64,000 bases of DNA from Eledone cirrhosa (GCA_964016885.1 OZ024745.1:126790001-126854000), one strand, 5' to 3'; shown: positions 49,641 through 63,660, numbered from the stretch's first letter. Translations and numbers: made by a program. The notes: generated from the sequence alone by a model not told the origin.

Positions 49641-50212
49641 TCATCATCATCATTTCATTTTACGTCCACTTTTCCCTGCTTGCAAGGGTGGGACGGGAAC
49701 TGATTCTGGCTTGATTTCTACAGCTGGATGCCCTTCCTAACACCAACCTCATTTACAGTGAGTGCTTCGGTGCTTTTTCGTGGCGCCTACACGTCCACTT
49801 TACAGTGTGGGCTGGGTGCTTTTTTTGCCGTGGCACCTCCACGACCACCTTGCAGTGGGGGGGGGGCATATTGTCTATATGCTTCAGCTTGTACCCATGG
49901 GAGGTCGGGTACTCTGTATTACTGCGTGACGCCAGAGGTCACGGTCGTGTGTCATCGCCTTTGAGAGGTGTAATTGGGTAAGGTAAGGTCAGCTTTTATC
50001 ACCTCATCCCAGGTCATCTTGGGTCTCCCCACTCTGCGGTTTCCATCGACTTCTAGTGCTCTGCACCTTTTTATGCAGCTGTCATCCTTCACACGCATCA
50101 CATGTCCATACTAACGCAACCGCCTCTCCTGCACACAGCATTTGATTCCTCTTATGCTCAGTCTCTCTCTCAATTCATTTATGCTTTGTCGTTCGCGTAT
50201 ATTACTATTACA
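49638..50212 (-). mobile_element. RTE LINE 3' fragment whose 3' UTR ends in the SINE-B tail
   Basis: 49970-50210 encodes RLR*YGHVMRV...GRPKMTW; continues into sequence near-identical to SINE-B 59318-59490. Confidence 0.85.
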
Positions 50213-50366
50213 TATATATATATATGCAACTATTGCACCAAGAAAAATATAGATTTCGGCGATAAAGGAGAGTAGGAATTTATTAGCTTTAATATATGTT
50301 TCTGTGAGCAGTTATCTTGTTTAAGCATTCATTCTTGATATACATAAACAAAATCTTATCTACCCT

Positions 50367-50403
<37 letters not shown>

Positions 50404-50413
50404 ATATATATAT

Positions 50414-50457
<44 letters not shown>

Positions 50458-50495
50458 ATTTATGTATATTATATATGTATGTATATTATATATGA

Positions 50496-50535
<40 letters not shown>

Positions 50536-51026
50536 CATAAATACACATACACTCACATTGTAGCTGATTATTTAGGAAATATTTTATTAAAACACTCATT
50601 GGTCAATAGTAAAAGGGTGAATGGGAAGATAATCTCAGTGGATTTCTATTTTAAAGAGATAATTGTTGGTAAAGTATTTAGTGCAGGATCTGGGATGTGA
50701 GACACAGTCGGTCTGGTTCAGTAGAAAGATGCTGTTCTAGTAGTGATAGTAGAGACAAAGAAATGAAACTACATTATGTGAGCTAGTAACTGTAGTTAGT
50801 CAGCAAATAAATCATTACTAATCTATTCTTTTGGATGTGATCTAGGATGCCAGCATGCAAGCCATTCCCATCCTATACATGTGAGTAGTACTCATATGTG
50901 GACCTGAAGAGGTTCAACAACTATTCAAAGATGTGAGTTGAATACTATAGAGGTTTTTCAAAACCCACAAAAGGAGTTAAACTTAGCTTTGCAAGCTAAT
51001 GTAACACTTGTCAATATTACAATGAA

Positions 51027-51450
51027 GGACGGTGGATTGACAGTATTGGTAGGTCAGACACCATGCTTTGCAGTATAGAGTAATGCCACTTTATGGTCGA
51101 TGTTCAGATCCCGCCAAAGTTAACTTTGCCTTTCATCCTTACGGGGTCGATAAAATAAAGCACCAGTAATGCACTGGGGTAATTGCTGGCCTTGTGCTAA
51201 AAGTATAAACAATATTACAATGATGGCAGTAAATTAGTTGTGTCAGACAAGATGCTTGGAAGTATTTGTTCTGCCTCTTTACATTCTGAGTTCAAATCCT
51301 GCCGAGGTCAACTTTACCTTTCATCCTTCTGGGGAGGGGGGGGGGGGGGTCAATTAAATAAAGTACCAGTCAAATACTGGAGTTGATTTTATCAACTTTG
51401 TATTTCCCACAAATTTGCTAGCCTTGTGCCTAATATGAAATCAATATTAC
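51027..51450 (+). mobile_element. Two tandem SINE-A copies
   Basis: Two cores; CAATATTACAATG recurs before, between and after them. Confidence 0.75.
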
Positions 51451-52119
51451 AATGTTGCTGTTATTTAGAAAAGCTGTTTTTTTTCTTTCTAATCTGCAAG
51501 ATCTATTTTCTGCAATATTAACTTTTTATTAAGTATCTTTACCATTCATACAATGCAGTATTTATGACATTATACAAACCATTGATCTCTCAGCTGACTC
51601 TTCTATAAAACAATAAAACAGAAACATCCTCTCCTTAACTCTGTATTAGTTTTTGTTGTTGTTAGATAGCCCCAATCAGCTCCACTCAAGCAGGAAATAG
51701 TTAACTTTTATATATGTAAGATCATCATCATCATCACTGTTTAATGTCCATTTTTCCATGCTAGCATGTCATCATCATCATCATTGTTTAATGTCCATCT
51801 TCCATGCTAGCATGGGTAGGACGGGCTGTCCCTTTGTGAAGGATCAGGTCGAGGGATCGTGATTTATTCACACAGAACTGATTTTGCTTTGGTTTCTATG
51901 TATGGATGCCCTTCCTAATGCCAACCACATTTACAGTGTGTGCTGGTTGCTTTTTGCTGTGTTGCCTACACAACAACTTTACAGTGTGGACTGGGTGCTT
52001 TTTGTCATGACACCTATATAGCCACTTTGCAGTGTGGGCTGGGCTCTTTTGTGGCTCCAGGGGGGATCATTTTAAAGAGGAGGCTGGAAACTTGGGAGTG
52101 GTGAGGGAAGATGAATATA

Positions 52120-53270
52120 ATCATTATCATCATCATTATCATCATTTTACATCCGCTTTTCCCTGCTTGCAATGGTGGAATGGGTTCTATTCAGCACAGC
52201 ATCTCTCCACCTGTCATGGTCCTTCGTCATCTCCTCCGTGAGCTTCAGCGATCTGAGGTCTGCTCTCACCCCCTCCACCCATGTTTTTCGTGGTCTTTCT
52301 CTACTGCGTCTTCCTTCTACTGGGATTTTCTGGCACTTCTTTACCCAGCGGTCATCCTCCATGCGCATCATGTCCATACCATCTCACTCTTCTCTCCTGC
52401 ACACCACAACTTATCCCTCTTATACCCAGTTTCTTTCTCAACTCATCTATGCTTGGTCGTTCACACACATTGACATTACACATCCAATGGAGCATGCTTG
52501 CTTCATTTCTCTCCAGCAATCGCATATCCTCTGCAGTTGCTGCCCATGTCTCACTACCATGCAGCATTGCGCATCTCACACAGGCATCATATAACCAGCC
52601 TTTCGTATGCAAGGAGAAACCCTTCTCTGTTAACAGAGGAAGCAGCTCCCTAAACTTCTTCCAGTCTATCCTTATTCTAGATACTATGGTCTCGGACCCC
52701 CCCCCCCCTGCATGCTAATCTGATCACCTAGGTACCGGAAGCTATCAACCTCTTCTATAGAACCCACCTGCATTTGCAAACTGTGTCTATCACTGTGATT
52801 ACTACTGTCAACTTTCCCTGTACATCTACTGCATACATAGTTTTCCCTACCTTTTAGTTTGCCTGCTATTCCACTATATCTCTTGTGTACCCAAAATCTG
52901 GATTGTGTATATTTTATAGAATTTATGCCAGTTCCTTTTCTACATGTTTAACATGGCCATTTCCCTGATGGAATCAGAGTTTTGTCCTCTTTTCTACTTA
53001 TCAACACTTTTGTCTTAGCTATGTTCACTCTCAGTCCTCTTGATTCCAACTGCTGGTTCCATAGCCAGAATTTCTTCTCTAGCTCCTCTACTGATTCTGC
53101 TATAAGAACCAGATCATCAGCATAGAGAAGTTCCCATGGGCAGCCAGTCTTAAACTCCTCTGTTATGGCTTGGAGGATTATAATGAACATGAGCGGGTTG
53201 AGGACCAAAACCTGATGCACTCCAACTTGTATCTGGAATTCCTCACTAAACTCCATTCCTACTCTCGCTA
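52120..53270 (-). mobile_element. RTE LINE 3' ~1.15 kb, frameshifted
   Basis: ORFs 52948..53406 (VGVHQ...ELLYADDLVL...GLRVNIAKTKVL), 52352..52612 and 52147..52377; (CAT)n tail. Confidence 0.92.
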
Positions 53271-53464
53271 TAATATAATATACATAAAAAATACTACAAA
53301 AGAAGTTGCTGATCCCTAGCTTAGCTAAACAGAAACCTGATGAAACTTTCTGAAGAAAAATAGTTTCTTGAAAAAATATATATATAACATGAGAAAGAAT
53401 ACTCAATCATTGCCCCACTAATGATATGAGCCTAGACAGCGTGGAGGAATACTATCTGGTGCGC

Positions 53465-53860
53465 AGAACCACAGGCTAAAACTGCCTCATGGTCCCTGTG
53501 GACAGAATGAAGGACAGCAAAGAAGAAGAATTGAAATAGCCATTCAAACTCACAAGGCTCATTCCTGCAGGTGGTCAAACTCTACTCTGATGGCAGTGAG
53601 TAGGGAAGTGGTACATAACAGCGGGGACTTCTGGTGTCCTTGGCTCTAGGGCCACTTCCCTACTCACCACCATCAGCACAGAGTTGGCTTCCTGCCGGTG
53701 TGAGCCTCACAATCCTCCAGGGAAATGCCTTCTCTATTCTGTCCACCAGGGTCGTGGGGTAGCCTGTGCATGGGCCCCCATTTATTGCTCATAATACTGA
53801 GAGATGGAGGCAGTGACAGTTGGAGGTTGGTTCATTGTGTTCGTACCTGGTGTATATGTA
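53465..53860. repeat. Interspersed repeat with an inverted partial duplicate; related to 60605-60900 and 970-1095
   Basis: Shared GACTTCTGGTGTCCTTGGC...TGTGTTC..ACCTGGTGT; 53587-53611 is inverted to 53652-53676. Confidence 0.6.
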
Positions 53861-54186
53861 TATGTTTCACTGAGGCAATTCAATTTGATATTTAACCACT
53901 GGTTTAGTAACCCTGGAGGTGGTACAGGAACATAGATTGTCACAAGTCTCTACTACTACATGGCCAACTAGAAGTTTAAAAGAATTTCATTAGTCTTTCC
54001 CTTTCCTATGATAACTATATACATGTAGATGAATTGAACCAATGATTGTCAAGTGTGTGAACCATAGGCAGAGCACAGCATTTCTTATGATATATAAACC
54101 ATAAAGATATTGTCATCAGGCTGGCATGCTGTCAATCCAGTCTACTGTAATTCTCTATGAGAGCTATAAAATACAACATATCAACA

Positions 54187-54260
54187 CTTCTTCTTCTTCG
54201 TCTTCGTCTTCGTCTTCGTCTTCGTCTTCGTCTTCTTCATCTTCGTCTTCTTCTTCTTCT
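54187..54260. repeat. (CTT)/(CTTCGT)n microsatellite
   Basis: Direct inspection. Confidence 0.9.
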
Positions 54261-55431
54261 CAATGATCCGCAATCAAGGCCTCCTCCTCCTTCTTATCTA
54301 GATGCATGGTTTTATGTCGAATCTCATCAGTAATTCCTGTTTCCTATAGCTCCCTTGTAGCTTGATATAGCAATTGTATGTGACATTGCTATTGTAAGTG
54401 AACCTTCTTTGTGTAAGAAGTGCCCCCAGTTTGCAGTGATTGTTCATTTGTACAAGCCGCTTCTCCAGATATTTATCAACAATACTCTTTGATCTGATAG
54501 CATTGCATGTGATGACTGAAAGATTATTTGGGATAACTGCTTTGTTGCATTAGCTTAGGTTTTAAGTAGCAAGGATACAATACTTGTTATATTTTTATAT
54601 GGGAAGGGAGCTATGACATATGACTCAGATAAATAAATAAATGATAAATAAATAATAAATAAAATTATCATTATTGTATGACTTTGTAGAAAGTAATAAC
54701 ACCTCATTTTTTTTTTTTTTTCATGTAAGAAATTTTACACATTTTTTTCATCTATTCACAGTAGAAATACAAATCAACAAGTTTAAAAAAAAATTAATTT
54801 GTTATTTAAAGCTTGCCATACAAAAGAGTTGTAGAAAGAGAGGAAAATTAAAAAAAGATTTCTTTTGTATAATGTATGATTCCTGATGGGGTATTTTTCA
54901 ATCTCATGATTTAATTAGGATAGATAACTAGATTGGTTAATTTTGGTATCTATATTTGCACCTAGTACTTCGTAATTTCTACTTTCCTAATTCTGGATTT
55001 ATCATACTTCCATCCATTCAGTAGCATGCAACTCAGTCCTAGACATCCACATAAGGGCAGGTTGTAGGGACATCTAACCAAAGGGTTCTCCATTTAACTG
55101 AGCACAGTACCCATCCAAATTTTTTATCCAGTTTTCTGCCCATATAAAAGGCTGAGAAATTTATCAACTTGAAATTCAATGCTTATGTTTAAACAAACTT
55201 AGAAATGGCATGTATGCTTGTTTTCTGACAGAAGATCTCTTTTTGGGAACTAGATTTGATAAATGTGGCTAATTTTAAATTCATTTTATTGAAGTCTTTT
55301 TTTTCATGTTTCATCTATTTTTTATATATTTAAAATGTCCTCCTTGTTCTTATTTCTCAATACTAGGCCCTATACTTGAGTTTTAGGGACATACAACCAT
55401 GAAACCCTTGTATATCACTGCACCTAAAGTA

Positions 55432-55820
55432 ATAGTAGTATAACTAATAAAGAGAATGTTAGGAAAGCTGGTACAATGTGGATAGAAATGTAAAGATGAA
55501 GTAATAATTTTGTTACCTTATATATTTCATGATATTTCAAGGTAAAGACCTTTTCAAATGATGAATGCAGAAAAACAAAATGTTCTGTTCTGTTATGAAC
55601 TTTCCCTGTGTTGAGTGTGTAACTGACCATTGAGAACAGAACACTTCATTTTTCTGTGTTCATCATTTGAAAAGAAAGTCTTTATCTTGAAATATAATGA
55701 AATATAGAGGATAAAAACATTATTTTGATTTATTTTGTCATCCTTTTTACCCTAGTTCCATCTTTATATTTCTAACTGCATTGTACCAACTTTCCTAACA
55801 CCCTCTTTATTATTTAGTAG
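55432..55820. mobile_element. Old fold-back (MITE-like) element
   Basis: Long imperfect inverted arms, e.g. AATAAAGAGAATGTTAGGAAAGCTGGTACAATG vs CATTGTACCAACTTTCCTAACACCCTCTTTATT. Confidence 0.7.
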
Positions 55821-56208
55821 CAATATGTTTGGTTGTATTGACTGATTATATACCGTTTCTCTTTGAAAAATATGTTATGTATCTCATTAAAAAAAACTCT
55901 GAGAAATAAATAATTATATTTAACAAGTTCATTTATTATAATCACTAAATAAATCAAGAAAAAAATTCGTTTTTAACCTTTCACAAATATTTATAGATGA
56001 TTGTGATCTATTCTCATGGAGTTTATGTAAATTTTTCATTATATCACTAAGCTTTCAATAAAATATTCATTTTTCTCCAGAGAAGAAAAGAAATCTACAT
56101 TTGGTTTAATATATTTGGCAAAAACAAAATAGCAAACTGTAATATTATATCAATATATTAATTTGAATAACACATCCAACCCTTGTTATAAGGGAAAATG
56201 GACATTAA

Positions 56209-56429
56209 CCTTTTAGCATTTACATTACTTTATATTTATTATTATATTACCATGGTAAAGGCTTTACCTCACATAATTATCTTATATAATATCGAATCTA
56301 TGAGATTTTAATATGATTTATTTTGAGAACAATACCTTATCATCAGTATCAGTGGCTAGTTACAGCTGGTTTGAACAGAAAGAGGTGAGAGAATTCTGGC
56401 CAGATACGGCCAGTTTAAATGCTAAAGGG
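56209..56429 (-). mobile_element. piggyBac-like MITE (family A) inserted in the TTAA of a SINE/RTE tail
   Basis: TTAA TSD; flanks read GGAAAATGGACA-TTAA-ACAACAACGATGA. Confidence 0.85.
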
Positions 56430-57726
56430 TTAAACAACAACGATGAAGATGGTTTATTTTTACAAAAGTTATTCAATTTTTAATTTTGGTGTAGAGGAAG
56501 AATAAATAAATCTTATCTTAAATTAATCATTTTCAGTTGCATTAAGTAGAAAAGTACTATGGATTCATGTCACAATAGCAGTGCTAAGAGTTAATTTTAG
56601 AAGTAATACATCAAATATAACCAACTTCATAGATATTATCTTTTATATTTTATTTATATTTTTTTAATGAATCAGTTTTACAGATTTGACAGAATATGTT
56701 TTAGATTCTATTTATATTTCTTTCAAAATGAATCAATACTTTCACTTAAGGTTCAGCATTGTATAGTACTATTCAGAGTTTAGATTGTTTTTAGTGATAA
56801 TTTGTTTTACATTATTATGCGAAGTCAAGCAGCTAGTCGATTTAAAATTAAAGAAACATAAAACAAGTTTGCATTTCCTCTGCTTTGTACATCGAGTTGC
56901 ATGAATCATATATTCATCCCAATTTTCTAATCTGATTTAAATAACTAATTCTTATAAGCTTAGATATTTACCCTACAATTCTTTCATTTTGACTAAGAGA
57001 TAAAAATAAATAATTGCTTTAAATAATCCACAAAATAGCACACAGTAATTTAATACATGTTTAGACTGTTCCCTTAGCTCTATTGACTAAGCAAGTTGAT
57101 GAATCAAAATCTGATTTTCAAAGCAAGGTAAACTATGTTAACTCAACCTTTCTCAAATTATTTGAGCAGACTTATGACAAATACTCTATAATGTAAATCT
57201 GCAAGCCCAGCCAGTTTATTATTGTCATCTAAGATTATAATTTGTTGTAGAAGATTGATTTTAAAATTGGGTGGGGGCAATATCAGCTATTACTTTTGTT
57301 TTGTTTTTCCTTTTTTATAAATTGAGTCAGGGATTTATGGTTTTAAGTATTACTTCATTTAAATCTGTACACAGGTCCTTTATCTGAAAAGAATAAATGT
57401 AGTTTTTATGTTTTCTCAATAATTTTTGCAGTTCTGAATTTGCTTTAACTGTAAACAAAACCGGCTCAAGATTTACTCTATCAATTTTATTTTACTTTAA
57501 TATTGATGTTAAACTCCTATGCAGTGAATTTAGATAAGTATCTGATAAACTGTGTCCATAGAAAAATTTCAATTTTTGTAGTTATTTACCTTAACTAATG
57601 AATGTTATGCAATCTCATTTACCTTCTTCCATACATATGAGAACTTGTACCTACACAAGAAAGCATATTTTATAAGAGAGAGAAATAGCTCTATGATGAT
57701 ATAATTCATTTGAAAATACATAAATT

Positions 57727-59010
57727 TCTTCTTCTTCTTTGCCCACTTATTCCTGGGGAGGTTGTGGAGGTAAAGTCCACAAACACCTTTTCCAGCAGGT
57801 CCATTTCCAATTGATCCCCAAGTGAGACCAGCCAAGCTCATGGATATTATCCAACCATCTTGCTTGGGGTCTACCCTTGGGAATCATACTGGTTGGTTTT
57901 TGCCTGTAAAATCTGTCCAGTGATTCTTTCCTGAGACATTTTAATTACATGCCCATAGTATTGAAGCTGTAATCTCTCAATTTGGAGAAATAGCAATTCT
58001 ACCTGGAGCAACGCTCTGATCTCTAAGCTATGTACTCTATCAAGTAATGTTACTCCAAAGACCCTTCAGAGGAACTCCATTTCGGCCAATTGTATGTGTG
58101 ATTATTTTATTTCAGTCATTATCCAAGATTCAAGACTGGAGAGGCTTAACAAGAAGATCCCTCAAAAATTGGAGCAACTTCTCTTGTGTCCCTTTCTGAA
58201 AATTGCTCAGGTGCTTTTCCAGAGATTCAGGCCACCTGGGACACATGAGTCAGCCAGAGAATACCTTTTCTAATTAAGGCTTTTAACATGAGGCCTTTTT
58301 CTTCTTCTTATCATATGACATATGCACAATGTTTAGAGAGACAGATCGAGATTGGTGAGCCAGACTAAGGCATCATTTGTAGTATTATGGATTGCCTCCC
58401 AGTCACTAGGAAAACATCTGAAGGGGCAATTCTGAACAACATGCTGCTCTAGGGTCAAATTTCATTTTCGTCGGTGGCCTTGCCACATTTGAACTCTTTA
58501 ATTGCTCTTGTGACCTCGATTCCAAGAGATTAGTCATTGCTCCCAAATTCACCTCATGTACATCAAATGATGTTGCTGTGACATGGCTTAGGAAATCAGC
58601 AAAGTATTCTCTCCACATCATAAGAATGCACCTCTCAGAAGAGAGGCGAACCCAAGATGCATTCCTGATAGCAGGTGTCAAGGCAGGTTTCTTATTACGA
58701 AGGTGGCAGATGATCTGCTAGAACACTTTATTTGCTTTTCTGAAGTTGGATTCTAGCTTAACTCCAAAGTCTTAACTTTGAACGCTTTTACTGTGATTTT
58801 TTTCATTTGTTTATACTGCAAGTGCATGAAGGAGGACTAATTTCCAAGTCAAGATTTGAATGCCTCCTTCTTCTTAGATGGTATCTTTGACCTCTTTGAT
58901 TGAACCAAGGGGTCCTCCTGCCACCCTGTGTCACATCAAGCTGCTTTTGCCCAAAGCGTTTCACATCTGAAGCAGAAACTGTTGATTTGAACAGTCTCCA
59001 CTTCAATTTC
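57727..59010 (-). mobile_element. Degenerate RTE-group LINE remnants
   Basis: 57727-58135 is paralogous to 46490-46860; RTPWFN and WREYFADFL motifs in ORFs 58803..59006 and 58406..58681. Confidence 0.6.
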
Positions 59011-59317
59011 TTTCATTGGTAAATTACAAGAAAGTCAAAAAAGATGTTGAACATAACTACAAAGCCACAAATTTTGTGTAACAGCTCATTTGATTAAGCT
59101 GACCCTACTACTTGAGCAATACTTATTTTATCAGACCTAGAAGTATGAGAGCCAGTGTTGGTTTCAATTTCAAGGTATTTTATCTCATGCATACCAATTC
59201 TGCCAATCTATTCTAATCTACCATTCTCAGAAGTAATTATTAAGTTGTTATTTAATATTTTGGTAATTCTTTTATCTAGTACTCCAGCTGATATGTGTTA
59301 CTTCTAATTAGTTTAGT

Positions 59318-59661
59318 ATCATCATCATCATCATTTCATTTTACGTCCACTTTTCCCTGCTTGCAAGGGTGGGACGGGAACTGATTCTGGCTTGATTTCT
59401 ACAGCTGGATGCCCTTTCTAACACCAACCTCATTTACAGTGAGTGCTGGGTGCTTTTTTGCCGTGACACCTCCACGACCACTTTGCAGTGGAATGATAGG
59501 GACCCTAGTCCTATCATCTCATTTCTACAGCTGAGTAAACTGGAGCAATGTGAAATAAAGTGTCTTGTTCAAGGAAACAACACATCACCCGGTCTGAGAA
59601 TTGAACTCACAACCTTTCGATTGCAAGGCCAATGCTCTAACCACTAAGCCATGTGCCTCCA
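59318..59661 (-). mobile_element. SINE-B, full length
   Basis: Near-identical to 24901-25244. Confidence 0.9.
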
Positions 59662-61502
59662 TAGTAAATAAATGTAATGGACAAAATTAAATAATTTGAT
59701 AATAATACATTAAGATTATTATATTCTGTAATTTCTTTTATTAAAACAAAACTTTAGAAATTAATATTTTCTCTTAAATCTTTAATGTTCTTGTTTATAT
59801 TCTACAGTTATTTTAGTTTTTTTATTTTAATTGCTTTATGTAGATGAGAGAACAACTGTCCAAATGTTTTAATATTCTACTTTTGATCTTGTTTATTCTG
59901 CACCAACACCTGGAATTAAATCAGATTCTCCCTCTGTTCAGTTGATTTTCTTATTTAATCATTATGTTTTATTACACCAAACACATTTCTGTCTTACTTC
60001 TTTAGCCAAGTAATAAAACAGAAATTATTGTTATTTAACTTTCTCTCAGATAAAATTGACTTCCTAGTCTTCAATAAGATTCTTATTCAATATTTTCTTT
60101 GTTGATTCAATTAATCTACCATTTATCATCATCATCATCATCATTGTTTAACGTCCATCTTCCACGCTAGCATGGGTTGGACTGTTTTTCCCACTTGAGG
60201 CAAGATTGGTTGGGAGACCATGTCTCGCTCATACAGAACTGTTTCTGGCAGGTTTTCTATGGCTGGATGCCCTTCCTAACACCAACCACTTTACAGTGTG
60301 GACTGTGCTTTTTGTTGTGTCACCTACACAACCACTTTACAGTGGACGGAAATATTTGAAAATCATATTTATTCTTTCCGTGGGTTTCTTATGTAATAGA
60401 GAAATGTATATATTTTTTATATATGATACATATATTTACATACATTTACAAACCCAAAGATTTCACAGTTGAATTTGCCATAACATCAAAATGCAGATTC
60501 AAAACAAACAAAAGGCATTAGTAAATACGGATGGTTAGGATCCCAAAACAATTGCTGACTTACTATGTAGATATACAAAAAGTTAAGTTAATACCAACAT
60601 GAGCCCTTAGCAGTGGAGACTTCTGGTGTCCTTGGCCCTAGGGCTACCTCCCTACTTACCACCATAGGCGCTGAGCTGGCGAGCCACAGGTGTAAGCCTC
60701 GTGAGGTGGAATGGCTCTTCCAGCACATCTCCTTTACCATCCTCTGGGTATACGATTTCTCCATTCTGTCCGCCAGGGCTGTGGGGTGACCAGCACGTGA
60801 AACCCCATTTGCTCATAATAGTGAGAGATGGGGAGGGCGAGAGAGATGGAGGTGATGACAGTGGGAGTTTGGTTCCTCTGTGTTCACACCTGGTGTCCAA
60901 CAAATTGTAAAAAGCTTTACAAAACGCGTAGTTGAAAGTCACATTTGTTAAGTTAAGCTACAAATACTAACTTACATACTCAATATAGTGAACTAGGAAT
61001 TTTTAATAAATTAAAATTACACTGACAGTTTGATTATTAATTCTGGCCAAGAAAGACATGGGAATCAATTCTGAAATTTAAAATAATCAAAATAAATTAA
61101 AACTTGAAATGGATAGGCAGTAGTGAAAGAGTCTTCAGTAGAGTATTATATTATGCTGCCAGTGCTTAAAACGATTAAGTATTTTGGTAACAAACTACTT
61201 GAAACCACTCTAGGGTCTATGATAAAAAGTTGCATATTTTAAAGTGTTTATATTTATCTAAAAAAACTTGCATCTTAATTTTATGTAAGAACCCATTTTA
61301 AAAGTTATATATGTTGAAGTCCCAAGTTTGATAACTACAGAGTTAGGCGAGGTAATATATGATAGAAGTCTACAATGTATTTAAAACATCTTATTAAATG
61401 AATAATTAACTAATAATTTCTAACATAGCTATCATCATCTTCATTATCGATTTTATGTTCATTTTTCTATGCTGACTTAGTGGTGGTGGTGAGACTTTTT
61501 AA

Positions 61503-61723
61503 CCCTTTAGCATTTACATTACTCTATATTTACTATTGTATATTCATGGTAAACACTTTATTTCACATAATTATCTCACATAATATCGAATCTATGAGAT
61601 TTTGATATTATTTATTTTGAGAACAATACCTTAACATAAGTATGACCAGCCAGTTATGGCCGGTTGGAACAGAAAGATGTGAGAGAATTCTGGCCGGATA
61701 CGGCCGGTTTAAATGTTAAAGGG
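61503..61723 (-). mobile_element. piggyBac-like MITE (family A)
   Basis: TTAA TSD and TIRs; retains CpGs (close to consensus). Confidence 0.88.
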
Positions 61724-61795
61724 TTAAGGCAATGTTTTGGGATCAAATGCTCTTCTTGATGCCAACTCATTTATCACCTTTTCTGATATGCAAGG

Positions 61796-62165
61796 ATCAT
61801 CATCATCATTATCAGTCCCTTAAATTCTGTAGTCGTTGGGTGGATCCTACTGTAGAAGCAGCACACACTCAAAATAGTCTATCAATGGTGGCTGTCAACA
61901 AACCTGGTGTCATCATTTGCGTCCATTCTGACATTGTCCAACCAATTTTTGTTTTGGCGTACCCTCCTGTGTCCACCTTCAACAGTGCCTTGCATGATGA
62001 TCTTGCACAGGCCGCCATGTCATGTGACATGGCCAAATCACGCCAGTTTCCTCTTCTTGACAGTGCCGAGGAGAGGTTCCTGGTGACCCATAAAACTTTT
62101 AACCTTACTCCACACATATTAATTGGTTTTACATTCTCAATAGGAAATCCGAAGGAGTTTTCTCA
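61796..62165 (-). mobile_element. RTE LINE 3' fragment (different family)
   Basis: Minus strand KRRKLA*FGHVT*H...KIIMQGTVEGG...NWLDNV; (CAT)n tail. Confidence 0.75.
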
Positions 62166-63399
62166 TGCAAGGATACAGTGTGCCTATTCCCAAAATCAGG
62201 ATATGCATGATATTATAGTTTTTCAAATAGGTGCACTATATATCAGCACTTCATAAAAGGTTATTATATGGATAGTGTCAGGAACTAATAATTATTTATT
62301 AATTACTCATGAAATCCAGTGAGAATTATTTTACAAATATATAGAGACAGTAAAAAGAATAAGAGGTATTGCTGTTCGGATATTTCCTTAGATCAGTACT
62401 TCAAATCATTCCTACTAAGAATTGAAATCCAAAATGTATAGCTGCATCAATCACCCACTTCACATTTCTTGTAGCTTAAAAAGTACAATATTCTTGAGAA
62501 ATATAGGCAATTTAACAGTGCCTGCATAAGAATTTCTTCAATTCAATTAAATCGAAAGAATGTAATAAAAAACTATTTTAGAATGTGAATATTATCATTT
62601 GTTCATTAATTTAATGTTGGACATGAAGCTTTGTAATCTTTAGAAAGTTACATAGAATGTAAACACTATATTTAGCTATTAGCTGTTCATATTCTGAGCT
62701 GTCAATTGTGGTTGCCTTGTGTCTTAATAAATCCCAAATGGTTGACTAAACTAAATAGGTTTATAAAATATAATAGTACTTAGATGTTTTGCAGACTTTT
62801 GAAAATGAGGAATGTGTAATAATTCATAGCTATTTTCTATATGATGGAGATAAAAATAGGAGTTTAAAAATGAAACAGATCTAACAACTTATCGCATATC
62901 TTACGCCTTAAAAGATACTTCAAATTAATAGAATTAAAAACATATTAGAAAATTAAAACCTCTTTAAAATAATTTGAATTCAAGTGCAAATCAAGTAGTT
63001 GTTTAAGTAGTTGTGAACTAGAATAAAAGTGAGGTTTTTATAAAAGCACTTTAAAGATATTTTTGATGTTGAAAAGGAGAGGTGCATTAATTAAAATGAA
63101 TACAATTATCTTGTATGGATAATTAAAAAATAACCGCAAGCAAGCCATACCAATCTTACTACCATCTGTAATCGGTCAGGTGTATTTATTTTTTTCTCAA
63201 CAGCAGCAAATTAATTGAGTAAATTATCTCTTAGTTCACCCTTTACCCTACAAACATTAAAAATAAAACTGAATAACCAATTCAGTTATATCAAAATATA
63301 TAATTTGTCTGGAATACCAAATCCTTTCACTGGACATTTTTCTCATATTAATATAAATTGATCTTCTTATCATGTCTACATAAATGTCAGTTACAAAGC

Positions 63400-63660
63400 T
63401 TGGCTAGATGTAGTTCCACCACAGCTGAACACATTGCTGTCCTTTCTCATTAAACTCTGCCAAGTCCAATGCTGTGCAGGGGTGTTCCAGCAGGAAGTGC
63501 TGCGTAGTATGTGGTCACACACAACATCCCCATCCTTTAAATATCCCCATTTTGCAAGATTGACTTTTGCACGTCCAACACCAGATCTTAGTCTGTTTAG
63601 GTATTTCTACACTGCATAGTTTTTATCTGCTCCAGGGAACAAGGCCTCTGTTTCAATAAA
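63400..63660 (-). mobile_element. Ingi/Vingi-like LINE C-terminal fragment
   Basis: Minus strand YLNRLRSGVGRAKVNLAKWGYL...VVCD resembles the LNRLRTG.GR....KW...C motif preceding the C-terminal Zn knuckle. Confidence 0.6.

Noticed and set aside
62676-62740. Candidate next DAGLA exon after a tttag acceptor
   Set aside because: Translation (AISCSYSELSIVVALCLNK) lacks the expected CNW and FD motifs.
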